This document shows positions 31,085-41,025 of a stretch of 64,000 bases of DNA, piece after piece. The translations under genes and the position numbers were made by a program. Every line of letters begins with the position of its first letter. Position 1 is the stretch's first letter. The notes under the pieces were generated by a model. That model had not been told where the DNA came from. It did not search any database and saw only the letters and a program-made list of their open reading frames with translations. Origin of the DNA: Deltaproteobacteria bacterium (GTDB lineage: Bacteria > Myxococcota > Kuafuiibacteriia > Kuafuiibacteriales > Kuafuiibacteriaceae); the NCBI GenBank assembly GCA_040218735.1, contig JAVJQW010000046.1, positions 32,001 through 96,000 of the forward strand, written 5' to 3'.

Positions 31085-32710
31085 ATGTCGCGTTTGAAGA
31101 TCGTCGTCGTCGACCCCAACCCGCGGGTCACACTCTCGGCACACCGCATCCTGAGCGGTGAGTGCCACGACGTCTTCGCCGCCAACGGCATCGCCGACGC
31201 CGTGCGGATCACGCAGCGCGAGAAGCCCGACGTCGTGGTTCTCGACGCCGAGCTCGCCGCGCCGTACACGCTCCGCGAGCTCGCCCAGGCGACGCACCAC
31301 GAGCTGGCGCTGGTCCTGACCTCGACGCACAGCACGACGATGACGCCCGAGGTGATGGAGGGCGTGCGGATCGTCGGCGTCGTCGAAAAGCCGTTCTCCG
31401 CGGGGGCGCTGGTCGACGCGGTGGAGATCGTCGACGAGTTCGAGGAGCCGACGCTCAGCGGCATCGACGCCCTGGACGACGCGCTCTTCGCGACCGCGCA
31501 GGACACCCCCGAGGCCGACCCGCCGGAGGCGACGCTGGAGATCTCGCTGGAGCCCCCCGCGGCGACGACGCCCGAGGTGGTCGTCGTCCACGACTCGCGC
31601 GACGCGACGGTGCAGATTGTCCCCGCGGACCTCGACTTCATCCACCGCGCGCAGCCGCCCGGGGCGACCAGCGCACCCGACGCCGCGACGGAGCTCGGCG
31701 CCGCGGCGGCTGAAACGCAGGACGCCGCGACGGCCCTCGGCTCGGCCGCCGTCGAAGCGGACGAACACGGCGTCGACACGGAGGAGTCCCTCGAAGAGGC
31801 CCCCCGCGCCCCCTCCGCACAGCATGTCTTCGACACCATCGAGGACGACCCGGACGTCACGCCGCGCGCGCGGCAGCTCGCCGATCGGATCTGTCACGAG
31901 TTCCCCGGCCTCGGTCAGGACGCCATTCACCGCCGGCTCCTCGATCGCGCGTGTGCGCTCGCGCTGGAGGACGAAGCCGAGAAGGCGCCGCTCACCCGGG
32001 GGCAAGTCGTCTTGCAAGGCTCCGTCGGCCCGGTGCCGGTCGAGCAGGTCTTCCACCTCGCCGAGAACATGCCCGGGCGCACCGGCCTCACGTTCACGCG
32101 CGGCGAGCAGCGCATCGAGCTGTACTTCGAGGATCGCTACCTCGTCTTCGCGCGCGGCGAAGGGCTCTCGCCCGGTTATGCGCTCGGCGCGTTCCTCGTG
32201 GACCAGGGCGCGATCGAACCCGAGGACTTCGAGAAGTTCCTCGCGGAGCAGTCGTCGCCGTTCATCCGCATCGGTGAGCAGCTCGTGCGTCACGGCTACG
32301 TCGAGATCGAAGCGGTGAAGAACGCGCTCGTCGCGCAGGTGCAGCTGTACGCCTCCGAGGCGATCCGCTGGATCGGCTCGACGTTCTCGATCCAGCGCGA
32401 CGTCGACCTCCCCGAACCGGCGACCACCGCCGACGTCCAGCTCCCCGTCGCGTTCGTCCTGCTCGAAGGGATGCGTCAGCTCGACGAGTGGGACCGTGTC
32501 ATCGAGCAGATCGGCGGCCTCTCCGCTGTCCCGGTTCGCCTCGACACCGAGGAGACCGCGGCGCTCTCGCCGCGCGAGCGACACCTGCTCTCCCACGTCG
32601 ACGGCACGCGCAGCGTCGAGGACGTCGCCAAACGCGCGTGCCGCCCGACGTTCGACGTCTGCTGCTCGCTCGCCGAGCTCCGCGGGCGGCGCCTGCTCAC
32701 CGTCGCGTGA
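31085..32710 (+). CDS. Response regulator with acidic linker and DUF4388 (PatA_N-like) domain
   Basis: Receiver IVVVD..PDVVVLD..EKPF; C-terminal LQGSVGPVPVEQVFHL..LYFEDRYLVFA..RIGEQLV..LLEGMRQLDEW. Confidence 0.82.
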   Translation: MSRLKIVVVDPNPRVTLSAHRILSGECHDVFAANGIADAVRITQREKPDVVVLDAELAAPYTLRELAQATHHELALVLTSTHSTTMTPEVMEGVRIVGVVEKPFSAGALVDAVEIVDEFEEPTLSGIDALDDALFATAQDTPEADPPEATLEISLEPPAATTPEVVVVHDSRDATVQIVPADLDFIHRAQPPGATSAPDAATELGAAAAETQDAATALGSAAVEADEHGVDTEESLEEAPRAPSAQHVFDTIEDDPDVTPRARQLADRICHEFPGLGQDAIHRRLLDRACALALEDEAEKAPLTRGQVVLQGSVGPVPVEQVFHLAENMPGRTGLTFTRGEQRIELYFEDRYLVFARGEGLSPGYALGAFLVDQGAIEPEDFEKFLAEQSSPFIRIGEQLVRHGYVEIEAVKNALVAQVQLYASEAIRWIGSTFSIQRDVDLPEPATTADVQLPVAFVLLEGMRQLDEWDRVIEQIGGLSAVPVRLDTEETAALSPRERHLLSHVDGTRSVEDVAKRACRPTFDVCCSLAELRGRRLLTVA

Positions 32711-33063
32711 ACCGACTCTTCGTCTACGGCACGTTGATGCGCGGCCAGGTCCGAGCCGACCTGCTCGGTGATGCGCCGCGCGTCGCCGCGACGACGCACG
32801 GCCGCCTCTACCACCTCCCGCCCGGCTACCCGGCGATCGTCGACGTGCCGGACGGGGTCGTCCACGGCGAGCTGGTCACCATCGACCCCGCGTCCCTCCC
32901 GGCGCTCGACGACTACGAAGGGGACGAATACCGCCGCGTGATCCGCCGGGTTTCGACCGCCGACGGGAACGTCGAGGCGTGGTGCTACGTGTTCCCCCCA
33001 GAGGACGAAGCCGCGTGGGTCGCCGCCGGCGCGGTGCTGATCCCCTCCGGCCGCTGGGCTTGA
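32707..33063 (+). CDS. Gamma-glutamylcyclotransferase family protein
   Basis: LFVYGTLMRG, GYPA, VHGEL, LDDYEGDEYRR, AWCY; GTGA overlap with the upstream gene. Confidence 0.88.
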   Translation: MNRLFVYGTLMRGQVRADLLGDAPRVAATTHGRLYHLPPGYPAIVDVPDGVVHGELVTIDPASLPALDDYEGDEYRRVIRRVSTADGNVEAWCYVFPPEDEAAWVAAGAVLIPSGRWA

Positions 33064-33099
33064 AGAAACGATCCGTCTCGTGTGTCGTAGACCTCTCAG

Positions 33100-33687
33100 A
33101 TGACGAACTCGATCGAGACCTCCGCGCTCCCCGGCGAGGCGCGCCGCAGCCTCCCTCAGCCGAAGGCGAACCGGCTCTCGGGCATCGTCATCGCGCTGTG
33201 TCTGTTGGCCGCGTTTGCGTTGGTCGGCCGCCGTATGTGGGCCGTCGCCACGGGCCCGCTCCCGCCGGGGCCCGGCGTGACGGCGCCGGCGATCGTCGGC
33301 GCGACCCCCGACGGCATGGAGCGCTCGCTCGAATCGCTGAAGGGCAAAGTCGTCGTCGTCGACTTCTGGGCGACGTGGTGCCCGCCGTGTCGCGCCGCGA
33401 TGCCCGGCCTCCAGAAGCTCCACGAAGACCTCGAAGGCGAGGGCGTCGTGGTGCTCGGCGTGAACCAGGAGCCCGGCGCCGAGGCGCGTGTGAAGCGCTA
33501 CCTGGAGGGCTCGGGCATCACGTTCGAGAGCGTGATGGATGAAGGTGACATCGCGCGCCGCTGGGGCGTGTACACGTTCCCGACCACGTTCGTCGTCGGC
33601 CGCGACGGTGTCATCCGCGCGACGTACCGCGGCCCCGTCGCCGAGGGGACGTTGCGCACGGTGGTGAAGGACGCGCTAAGCTCCTGA
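33100..33687 (+). CDS. TlpA/ResA-like thiol:disulfide oxidoreductase
   Basis: N-terminal TM, LKGKVVVVDFWATWCPPC, FPTTFVVGRDG. Confidence 0.93.
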   Translation: MTNSIETSALPGEARRSLPQPKANRLSGIVIALCLLAAFALVGRRMWAVATGPLPPGPGVTAPAIVGATPDGMERSLESLKGKVVVVDFWATWCPPCRAAMPGLQKLHEDLEGEGVVVLGVNQEPGAEARVKRYLEGSGITFESVMDEGDIARRWGVYTFPTTFVVGRDGVIRATYRGPVAEGTLRTVVKDALSS

Positions 33688-33689
33688 AC

Positions 33690-35168
33690 GTGCACGGCTT
33701 CGACAACCCGCTGCTCGCCGCGCTCGCGGATCGCCGAGTGGTGGACGTGTCGTCGTTCGCGGCGGCGCTCGCGCCCTCGTCGACCGGCCCGTTCGAGACG
33801 CTGCGGTCGTTGGCCGGCGCGCTCCCGACCGGCTTCGTGCACGCGGAGCGGGTCTACGTGATGGAGGCGCCGCCGCCCGAGCTGCGGCCGCTCGCGCCGG
33901 ACAGCCCGTGGTACGCGGAGGAGCGCTCGTTGGTGGTCGCGATGGGGCGCGCCTCGTTTTCGCTGGAGGGGTTGCTCGAGCGCATCGGTCGCTACGGTCA
34001 GGTCGCGCGCGCGGTGCACGACCGGCTCGCGGCGCACCCGGAGCTGGTTCAGGCGCTCGCGAGTGGATCGCTCGGGGCGCTGGACGTCACGCAGCTCGCG
34101 ATGAGCTTGGATGCGTCGCCGGCGGCGTTCGCTTCAGTGGAATCGAAGGCGCCGGAGCTGTTCGGTGACCTCGCGGCGATGGCGCAGCGGGTGTTCGATC
34201 CGGAGGTGCACGTACACGCCGACCTCACGCCGGTCGGGCAGACCTCTCGCGGCGAAGCGATCGCGGAGGCGATGCTCGGCCGCGCGGCGCCGGGGACGTT
34301 CAAGCTCCTGGTCAGTGATCACGCGGCGACGATCGAGCTTCTGTCGCCGTACACCCGCGACCTCGGGCACGCGCTCTACCAGTGGTCGCTCGAGAACCCG
34401 GAGCAGATCTTCACGCGCGGGCTCGTCGAAGCGATCCGCGAGACACCCGAGGCGCCGGAGGACGATCTCGCGGCGTTGATCGTGCCCGATCTGTTGCGCG
34501 TGGCGCCCCAGCTGCTCGAAGAGCGGCGCGTGCAGGAGTCGACCGCGGGGTTGTGGTTGCAGGACGTGTTCGGGACGGCACACGGCGTCACCGATGTCGC
34601 GACGCTCGCCGACCCGGATCCCGTCGTCTTCTCGAAGTCGCGCAGCGGTTCGTTGTTGTTGCTCGCGGGGGGCTCGCCCACGGTGTTGCTCGCGGCGTCG
34701 CGCGCGTTGTTCGGGTGCGGACGTGTGTCCGGTTTCGCGGGGGTGTTCGGCGCTGGGCTCGATGATGACCGAGTGGTCATACCGAGCGCGCTCGTCGCGG
34801 AGGACGACGGCGTGCGTTTCTCGACGACGCAAGAGCTCACGTCGGTCGCCGAAGCGCATGACCTCTCGGTCACGAACGCGGGTCCCATTCCGGTCGGTCA
34901 CGACCGCGGTGCATCAACCGTGGCGCTGCGGATCTGTGAAGCGATCCGCAGAGCACGGATCCTCGGATCACTCGAGGCCGATGCATCGGTGTACCTCGTA
35001 TTGCACCCGCGTTCTGGCGGCGGACTTCGACGCGCGCGATGTGTGCTTCGAGCCTCCAGACTCGCACTGCTCGCGCTCCTCGGTGAAAGGTCTCAAAAGG
35101 GATCACCGAAGCGTAAGTCTCCGAAATCAGAAGGCTCAGGTCGTCTCAGCCGTCGGTTTAGGGCTTAG
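33690..35168 (+). CDS. Hypothetical protein
   Basis: 492-aa ORF closely following the upstream genes, with GC-rich third positions; no motif recognised with confidence. Confidence 0.65.
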   Translation: MHGFDNPLLAALADRRVVDVSSFAAALAPSSTGPFETLRSLAGALPTGFVHAERVYVMEAPPPELRPLAPDSPWYAEERSLVVAMGRASFSLEGLLERIGRYGQVARAVHDRLAAHPELVQALASGSLGALDVTQLAMSLDASPAAFASVESKAPELFGDLAAMAQRVFDPEVHVHADLTPVGQTSRGEAIAEAMLGRAAPGTFKLLVSDHAATIELLSPYTRDLGHALYQWSLENPEQIFTRGLVEAIRETPEAPEDDLAALIVPDLLRVAPQLLEERRVQESTAGLWLQDVFGTAHGVTDVATLADPDPVVFSKSRSGSLLLLAGGSPTVLLAASRALFGCGRVSGFAGVFGAGLDDDRVVIPSALVAEDDGVRFSTTQELTSVAEAHDLSVTNAGPIPVGHDRGASTVALRICEAIRRARILGSLEADASVYLVLHPRSGGGLRRARCVLRASRLALLALLGERSQKGSPKRKSPKSEGSGRLSRRFRA

Positions 35169-35260
35169 CCCCCGCACCTTTCTTCGCTTTTGACTCGCAA
35201 CGAGGAGCAGAAACGACTAATGATACGCCCGTAACCTGTTGGGGGTTATCCGTTGGCGCT

Positions 35261-35280
35261 GTTTTGCGGCGCCGCAAAAC
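35261..35280. promoter_or_regulatory. Perfect 20-bp palindrome, candidate operator
   Basis: GTTTTGCGGC-GCCGCAAAAC in an AT-enriched intergenic region, 32 bp upstream of the LuxR gene. Confidence 0.55.
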
Positions 35281-35312
35281 TTTTTGTCCGGGGGGACTAA
35301 GAGGTTGAAGCA

Positions 35313-35996
35313 ATGACCGAGGGTAGTCCCATCATGAGCAACTCCAACATGGCTAGCGTTCATCCGAGCGGTCAAACCGCTGCGGAGGCGCAGCCCCAAG
35401 ATGTCGTGCTGGTGTACGCACCAGTCGTCCCGCCGCAGCTCGAGCACTGGCTTCGCAAGCGTTCGATGCGGCTCACCAAGAACACGTCGGTCGCCGTGGA
35501 CGCCAACGAAGTGCGTTCGAGCGGTGCCCGTTTTGTGTTCATCGATACCGATGCGCTTCCGGCGGGGAGCCAGGCGACGGAGACGATCCGTAACCTGCGC
35601 GCCCAGGTCCCGGACGTTCGCGTCGTGGCCCTCACGCATCACAGCGACGAGGCCACGGCGAAGAGCTTCCAGGACGCGGGTGCCACCGGCGTCGTGATCA
35701 AGCAGCCCTACGTGGCCGACCTGGTGTTTGCGCTCCAGGCCTGCCAGGAGGGTCGTAGCTACGTCTCCGGCGTGGCCACGGATCGCGAGCGCGCATCGGT
35801 CCAGATCACCGCGCGTGAGAAGGAGGTCCTGGAGCTGATGGCGAACGGCCACAGCAACCAGGCAATCGGTGAGCGGCTGTCGATCAGTGTGAAGACCGTC
35901 GAGGCGCACCGCGCCCGGCTGTTCAAGAAGCTCGGGGCGAGCAACGTCGCGGACGCCGTTCTTTTGGCGATCCGGACGGGCCTCGTCATGCCGTAG
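35313..35996 (+). CDS. NarL/LuxR family response regulator (atypical receiver)
   Basis: HTH ITAREKEVLELMANGHSNQAIGERLSISVKTVEAHR; receiver FVFIDTD..VALT..VIKQ lacks the N-terminal acidic pair. Confidence 0.9.
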   Translation: MTEGSPIMSNSNMASVHPSGQTAAEAQPQDVVLVYAPVVPPQLEHWLRKRSMRLTKNTSVAVDANEVRSSGARFVFIDTDALPAGSQATETIRNLRAQVPDVRVVALTHHSDEATAKSFQDAGATGVVIKQPYVADLVFALQACQEGRSYVSGVATDRERASVQITAREKEVLELMANGHSNQAIGERLSISVKTVEAHRARLFKKLGASNVADAVLLAIRTGLVMP

Positions 35997-36056
35997 TTGT
36001 TCGTAGCGATCGAGGCGCTCCGCGTTTTGACTTTGCGGGGCGCCTCGTACGCATCT

Positions 36057-37007
36057 TCAGGCGAGCTCGATCGCCTTCACCGCCCAGGCGGGTACCCAAA
36101 TATGATCGATGTTCCCGCGGCGCGGGTTCGGCACGACCGTGAGCGCGTCCGCGCCCTCCTGGTAGTCCGGGCTCATCCCGCTCACCTGGCGATCGTTCAC
36201 CAGCTTCACGATCAGTGACGTCCCCGTCGGGTCGGGGCTGTTCGCGCCGCGGCGCTGTCCGAAGAAGATCGCGAGCACGTCGTCGAGCGTGATGTTCGAG
36301 ACCTGCCCGTTCTTCATCTTCATCTGGAGGTGACCCGAGCTCGGGTCGAAGCCTTCCACCTGACCGCGCTGTGTCCCGCCCGCCATCATGTGGACGATGA
36401 CCGGCGTCCCGGTGGCCGTCGGCGTGTCGACGCGCGACGCTGCGCGCGGCTGCGGCGTCCCGGGGCGAGGGGCCGCGCGTGGATGCGGCGTGGCGGCGCG
36501 CGGCGCCGCGACGGGCGGCGGCGGACGCTCGAGGCCGAGCAACACCCGCGCTTCGCGTTCGAGATCGATCGAGTCGCCGGACGGGTTTACGACGTCGCTC
36601 GGGATGACGTCCGCCGTGACCGAGGCCGGCACGAGGTCGTCGGAGAAGTAGTCCTGCATGAACGCCGGCGTACGCGGCGGTGTGTAGCTGCTCCGCGGGA
36701 CCGTCGCGACGTCGCGGACCTTGCCGCGATCCGCGTCGGACATGTCGAGCGCGTCCGTGAGCGCCGAGGCCATCGAGGGCTTGGGCGCCGCCGTCGCGGC
36801 GGGCGCGGACGGTGCGCTCCCGGGGGCGGCGGTCGGGTTGGCGATGCGCTTCGGCGCGGGCTTCGCGCCGTCGATCGCCTCACGAATCGCTTCGTCGAGG
36901 ACCTCCATGCGCGTTCGTTCGTTCACCGGGAGCGCGCGTTTGCGTCGCTCCATCGCCAGCCCCACGAACTCTTGAATCAGCGCCACGGTCGCCCGTGCGT
37001 CAGACAT
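36057..37007 (-). CDS. DUF6982-like domain protein
   Basis: Pro/Ala-rich linker then VIVHMMAGGTQRG..VLAIFF..IVKLVNDRQVSGMSPDY..IDHIWVPAWAVKAI; start overlaps the GNAT stop. Confidence 0.65.
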   Translation of the reverse strand: MSDARATVALIQEFVGLAMERRKRALPVNERTRMEVLDEAIREAIDGAKPAPKRIANPTAAPGSAPSAPAATAAPKPSMASALTDALDMSDADRGKVRDVATVPRSSYTPPRTPAFMQDYFSDDLVPASVTADVIPSDVVNPSGDSIDLEREARVLLGLERPPPPVAAPRAATPHPRAAPRPGTPQPRAASRVDTPTATGTPVIVHMMAGGTQRGQVEGFDPSSGHLQMKMKNGQVSNITLDDVLAIFFGQRRGANSPDPTGTSLIVKLVNDRQVSGMSPDYQEGADALTVVPNPRRGNIDHIWVPAWAVKAIELA

Positions 37008-37581
37008 TGCCGTAGCCTCCGGGTTCGAAGCGCGACAGGTCCAACGAGAGTCGCTCGAGGTAGTCGGTGCCACCGATGCGTCGCCAGAAGCGCTGCGCGA
37101 CCCGGTTGTGGTGCGCGACGTAGACCTCGACCGACTCGGCGCCGCACTGTCTCAGCCACGCGACGGCGTCCTGCACCAACAGCTCGCCGACGCCCCGTCG
37201 CCGCATCGACGCCGTGACGCACAGATCGTTGATGTACCCGATCCAACGCGCCCGGTAGACCGGGCTGTTCGGGAGGACACACGCGATCGCGAAGCCGACG
37301 ACGGCGTCGTCGTGGACCGCGAGCCGGACCCGGTAGTCGTCGCGGCTCTGCGCGGTGTCGACGTAGTTGAAGAACCGCTGGTCGGCGTTGTCGGAGAGGT
37401 CGAACCTCGGGTCGAGGTCGACGTGCAGATCCATCAGCTCGCGCCAGAGCGCGAGGAGGGCGTCGAAGTCCTCTTCGCGCGCGTCGCGCAAGACGATGTC
37501 TCCCGACCGCGCGGGGAACGGTCGTTCCCGAGCATGCACCACGGATCGAAGTAGCACGCGGCGCCCGGCGGCGACAATCAT
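37000..37581 (-). CDS. GNAT family N-acetyltransferase
   Basis: YINDLCVTASMRRRGVGELL acetyl-CoA motif, NRVAQRFWRRIG; ATGA overlap with the peptidase stop. Confidence 0.88.
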   Translation of the reverse strand: MIVAAGRRVLLRSVVHARERPFPARSGDIVLRDAREEDFDALLALWRELMDLHVDLDPRFDLSDNADQRFFNYVDTAQSRDDYRVRLAVHDDAVVGFAIACVLPNSPVYRARWIGYINDLCVTASMRRRGVGELLVQDAVAWLRQCGAESVEVYVAHHNRVAQRFWRRIGGTDYLERLSLDLSRFEPGGYGNV

Positions 37582-39596
37582 CTGCGCCGGGACAGGCCCC
37601 AGGCGAGCACCACGAACACGGCCCAGAACACACCGGAGCGCCCGCCCGTGGTGTGGCAGCCGCAGCCGCCCTCCTGGGCGCCGACCGCGTTCATCAGCGC
37701 GAGCGTGGCGTCGAGGCGCCCGGCGCCCCAGCGGGGGTCGAGCTGCGGATCGGCGTCGCCGTCCTGCACCGCGCCGCCCAGGATGAAGCTCTTGAGGTCG
37801 GTCTTGGACACCTCCGGGCGCGCGCCGAGGATCAGCGCGGCCACGCCGGCGACGTGCGGAGCGGCCATGCTGGTGCCCGCGGCGGCTCGGTACAGCGGCG
37901 AGACGGCGCCGGCGTCGGGGCCCGCGGAGCGGCTCCGCGCGCCGATCACGAGGTGCCCGGGGGCGGCGATGTCGGGCTTCTTGCCGGTCCTGGATTCGGC
38001 GAGCGTGGGTCCCCACGAAGAGAACGGCGCGACCTTCCCCAGCGTCCCACTCACGCTGCGCTCGGTGCCGTCCTCCGTCACGAACTCCGTGCGGGTGACG
38101 TACGCCGACACACTCAGCGCGCTGATCGCCGTGGCGAGGTCCGAGATGGTGTGGTCGGTGTCGCCGAGGGTCTGCTCGTCGACGCCGAGCACGCGGTCGC
38201 GGTCGAAGCGAATCGGCGACGGCTCGGACACCGGGGAGTCGACCCACAGGTCGATGCGGCCTTCACCGCGGAGCCGAATCACGAGGTACCCGGGGCCGTC
38301 CGGTGCGTCCTCCCAGTCGTCGAGTCGGAGCGCGATGCGGATGTGGCCCTGGCGGTTCTCGACGTCGAGCGGGTCGTCGGTGTCGAGGTCGACGACACCG
38401 AACGAACGCCCCTCGCCGAGGAGCACCACGGTGCGTCCGGGATCGCCGGGCGCGATCGTCGCGGTCTCGGCGAGGATCTCCTGGTCGGCGCTCCAAACTT
38501 GGACCTGCGCGCTGACCTCTGGCCCGACGTCGCCCCAGATGTCGACGATCGCTTGGCGCCGAGCGCGCTCCGGGAGCACGGGGAAGTCGAGCGCGACGTT
38601 CGTGATGTCGCCCTTCTCCAACCGCGCGAGCGCGTGCACGGGGAGCGCGCCTTCGTTGCCGGCGGCGGCGACGACGAGGTGGTCGTACGCGTCGATCGCC
38701 TGCGCGTGCAGCGACGTGCCGTCGTGCGGACCTTCCTGCCCGGCGAGCGAGATGTTCACGACGAGCGGGAGCTCTTGGTCCGCCGCGACCTGCGAGAACC
38801 ACGCGAGGGACTCGAGCACGGTGTCGAACGCGGTCGACGTGGCGACGGCAAGCTTCGCCTCGGGGGCGACGCCGCGGTACAGCGGGCCGTTGCTCGCGGC
38901 GATGGCGCTGACGAGTGTGCCGTGGCCGATGACGTCGAGGTGCCCGCAGCGATCCTCCGCGAGCTCTTCGGTGTCACAGTTGTCGCCGAACGTCTGACCC
39001 GGAGGTGGAGCGCCGCCGACGGACTGATCCCACAGCCCCACCACGCGGCTGGGGCCGTCGACTTCGCGGAGGTCGGGGTGCGTGAGGTCGACGCCCGTGT
39101 CGTAGACGCCGATCAGCGCGCCCGCGCCGCGGTAGCTGCGGTCGAAGAGGGTGCCGTAGTCGACGGTGTCCGCGCCGATGGCTTCGCGCGACTTGTCGAG
39201 AGCCGGACGCAGCGCTCGCGGCGCTTCGATGCGTACGGAGGACGGCGCGAGCGCGACGAGCGCGCGGCCGTCGAGCACCCCGGTGACGATCGCGTCGCCG
39301 AACCTCCCGGTGATGCGACCGCCCGCGTCGACGATGGCCGCGGCGTCGAGGCCTTTCGCGATGAAGCGCTGCCGAGCGTCGAGGCCGTCGCGACGTATTC
39401 GCGCCGCGAGGCCGGGGCCGAGGCGGGGGACGTAGGTGTCGAGCGTCGAGACCGATCCGGCGCCGAACGATCCGGCGCCGAACGATCCGGAGCCGACCGG
39501 CCCGGTCGTGCCCTGAGGACCGACGAATTCCTGGGCCTGCGCATCGCCGACGAGGACGAGTCCCAGCAGGATCGGTATGGGGCCTCCGCGAAGCAT
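37578..39596 (-). CDS. S8 (subtilisin-like) serine peptidase with MYXO-CTERM-like sorting signal
   Basis: Catalytic triad YDTG, HGTLVS, GTSMAAPHV; oxyanion AAGNEG; C-terminus GGCGCHTTGG + TM + RRR. Start 39596 or 39653. Confidence 0.92.
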   Translation of the reverse strand: MLRGGPIPILLGLVLVGDAQAQEFVGPQGTTGPVGSGSFGAGSFGAGSVSTLDTYVPRLGPGLAARIRRDGLDARQRFIAKGLDAAAIVDAGGRITGRFGDAIVTGVLDGRALVALAPSSVRIEAPRALRPALDKSREAIGADTVDYGTLFDRSYRGAGALIGVYDTGVDLTHPDLREVDGPSRVVGLWDQSVGGAPPPGQTFGDNCDTEELAEDRCGHLDVIGHGTLVSAIAASNGPLYRGVAPEAKLAVATSTAFDTVLESLAWFSQVAADQELPLVVNISLAGQEGPHDGTSLHAQAIDAYDHLVVAAAGNEGALPVHALARLEKGDITNVALDFPVLPERARRQAIVDIWGDVGPEVSAQVQVWSADQEILAETATIAPGDPGRTVVLLGEGRSFGVVDLDTDDPLDVENRQGHIRIALRLDDWEDAPDGPGYLVIRLRGEGRIDLWVDSPVSEPSPIRFDRDRVLGVDEQTLGDTDHTISDLATAISALSVSAYVTRTEFVTEDGTERSVSGTLGKVAPFSSWGPTLAESRTGKKPDIAAPGHLVIGARSRSAGPDAGAVSPLYRAAAGTSMAAPHVAGVAALILGARPEVSKTDLKSFILGGAVQDGDADPQLDPRWGAGRLDATLALMNAVGAQEGGCGCHTTGGRSGVFWAVFVVLAWGLSRRR

Positions 39597-39693
39597 CGTG
39601 GCCAGGCCCGCGAGCGTAGGACGCCGAACCGCGCCTGTCGAGGGATCCGCCATGCTCGCGTTTTGGGCTGGTTCGGAGTACCGATCGCCCGGC

Positions 39694-41025
39694 ATGGCTG
39701 AAGTCTCGACCGCGACCCTCCACGAGCGCGCCGACGCAGCGGCGGGCCAGGGTGACTTCGCGACGGCGCTCCTCAATGCGGCGGAGGCCCTCCGTGCGGC
39801 GCCTCAGGACCCGAAGGCGCGCGTGAAGGTCGCGATCTGTTTCTCGATGCTTCAGGACGGGCAGACCGCGCTCGACGCGCTGCGCGTCGTCGCGATCGTC
39901 CTCGCGCGCTGCGGGTACATGCTCTCCGCGATCGGCGCATGCCGGGACGCGCTCGGCATCAAACCGGGCGACCCGAACATCCGCCAGATCCTGCACGGCA
40001 TCCACGCGAAGATTCACGGCAAGGTCGGCCGCGGTCGACCGCGGGTGCCGCCGCCCGCTCCGCCGGCGACGGTCGACCCCGAGTCGCCGGACAGCCTGCT
40101 GAAGATCAAGGACCGCGATGCGATGATCGCCGCGGCGAAGCGCATCGCGACCACCGACCCCACGGCCGGCCAGGACGACGTCGACCCCGGCTTCGTCCCG
40201 TTCTTCTCGGACCTGTCCGCCGAAGCCTTCGTCGAGCTCGTCGAGAAGATGCGCTACCACAAGGTCGGCCCCGGTCACGAGGTCGTGAAGCAGGACGACG
40301 AAGGCGCTTCGCTGTTCGTGCTGCTGTCCGGCGAGGTCACCGTCTCGCAGACGAAGGAGGGCGAGACCCACGAGCTGGCGAGGCTCGGGTCGGGCTCGCT
40401 GTTCGGCGAGATGTCGCTCATCACCGCGAAACCGCGCACCGCGACGGTGCGGACGACGCAGGCGGCGGAGCTGTTCGAGATCGACCGCGCGACCGTCGAG
40501 GACGTCGCGACGCGGCACGGCGCGATCAGCGAGGAGATCGTGAAGTTCGCGCGGCGTCGGCTGCTGATGAACGTGATGGCGACGTCGAAGATCTTCGCGC
40601 CGTTCGAAGACAAACAGCGCTTCGAGGTGCTGCGTCAGTTCAAGTCGCGCGTCGTCGAAGCGGGCACCACGATCATCGAAGAGGGCCAGGACGCCCACGC
40701 GCTCTACGTCGTGCTCGAGGGCGAGGTCGAAGTCAGCAAGATCGACGACGCCGGCGACGCCGTGGTGCTCGCGTACCTGAAGACCGGTGACGTCTTCGGC
40801 GAAGTGTCGCTGATCCTCGAGGACAAGACGATCGCCAAGGTCACCGCCGCCGAGAAGTCCGTCGTGCTCGTCCTCGAGAAGGAAAAGTTCGACGCCGTCA
40901 CGAAGGCGCACCCGAAGATCCTCGACTACCTGTCGAACCTCTCCGGGGAGCGGCTCGACGAGACCGAGGAAGCGATGTCCGCGGACGGTGTGATCATCGA
41001 CGCCGACGAGCTCATCATCCTGTGA
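39694..41025 (+). CDS. TPR-like protein with two cyclic-nucleotide-binding domains
   Basis: Two cNMP folds: LFVLLSGEV..LFGEMSL..PRTATV and LYVVLEGEV..VFGEVSL..TIAKV; N-terminal helical repeats. Confidence 0.9.
   Translation: MAEVSTATLHERADAAAGQGDFATALLNAAEALRAAPQDPKARVKVAICFSMLQDGQTALDALRVVAIVLARCGYMLSAIGACRDALGIKPGDPNIRQILHGIHAKIHGKVGRGRPRVPPPAPPATVDPESPDSLLKIKDRDAMIAAAKRIATTDPTAGQDDVDPGFVPFFSDLSAEAFVELVEKMRYHKVGPGHEVVKQDDEGASLFVLLSGEVTVSQTKEGETHELARLGSGSLFGEMSLITAKPRTATVRTTQAAELFEIDRATVEDVATRHGAISEEIVKFARRRLLMNVMATSKIFAPFEDKQRFEVLRQFKSRVVEAGTTIIEEGQDAHALYVVLEGEVEVSKIDDAGDAVVLAYLKTGDVFGEVSLILEDKTIAKVTAAEKSVVLVLEKEKFDAVTKAHPKILDYLSNLSGERLDETEEAMSADGVIIDADELIIL

Noticed and set aside
35253-35268. 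sigma54-like TTGGCGCTGTTTTGC upstream of the LuxR gene
   Set aside because: GG-to-GC spacing is 9 nt rather than the required 10.
35313-35996. Naming the LuxR regulator fruA
   Set aside because: The architecture is similar, but I do not recognise enough specific sequence identity.
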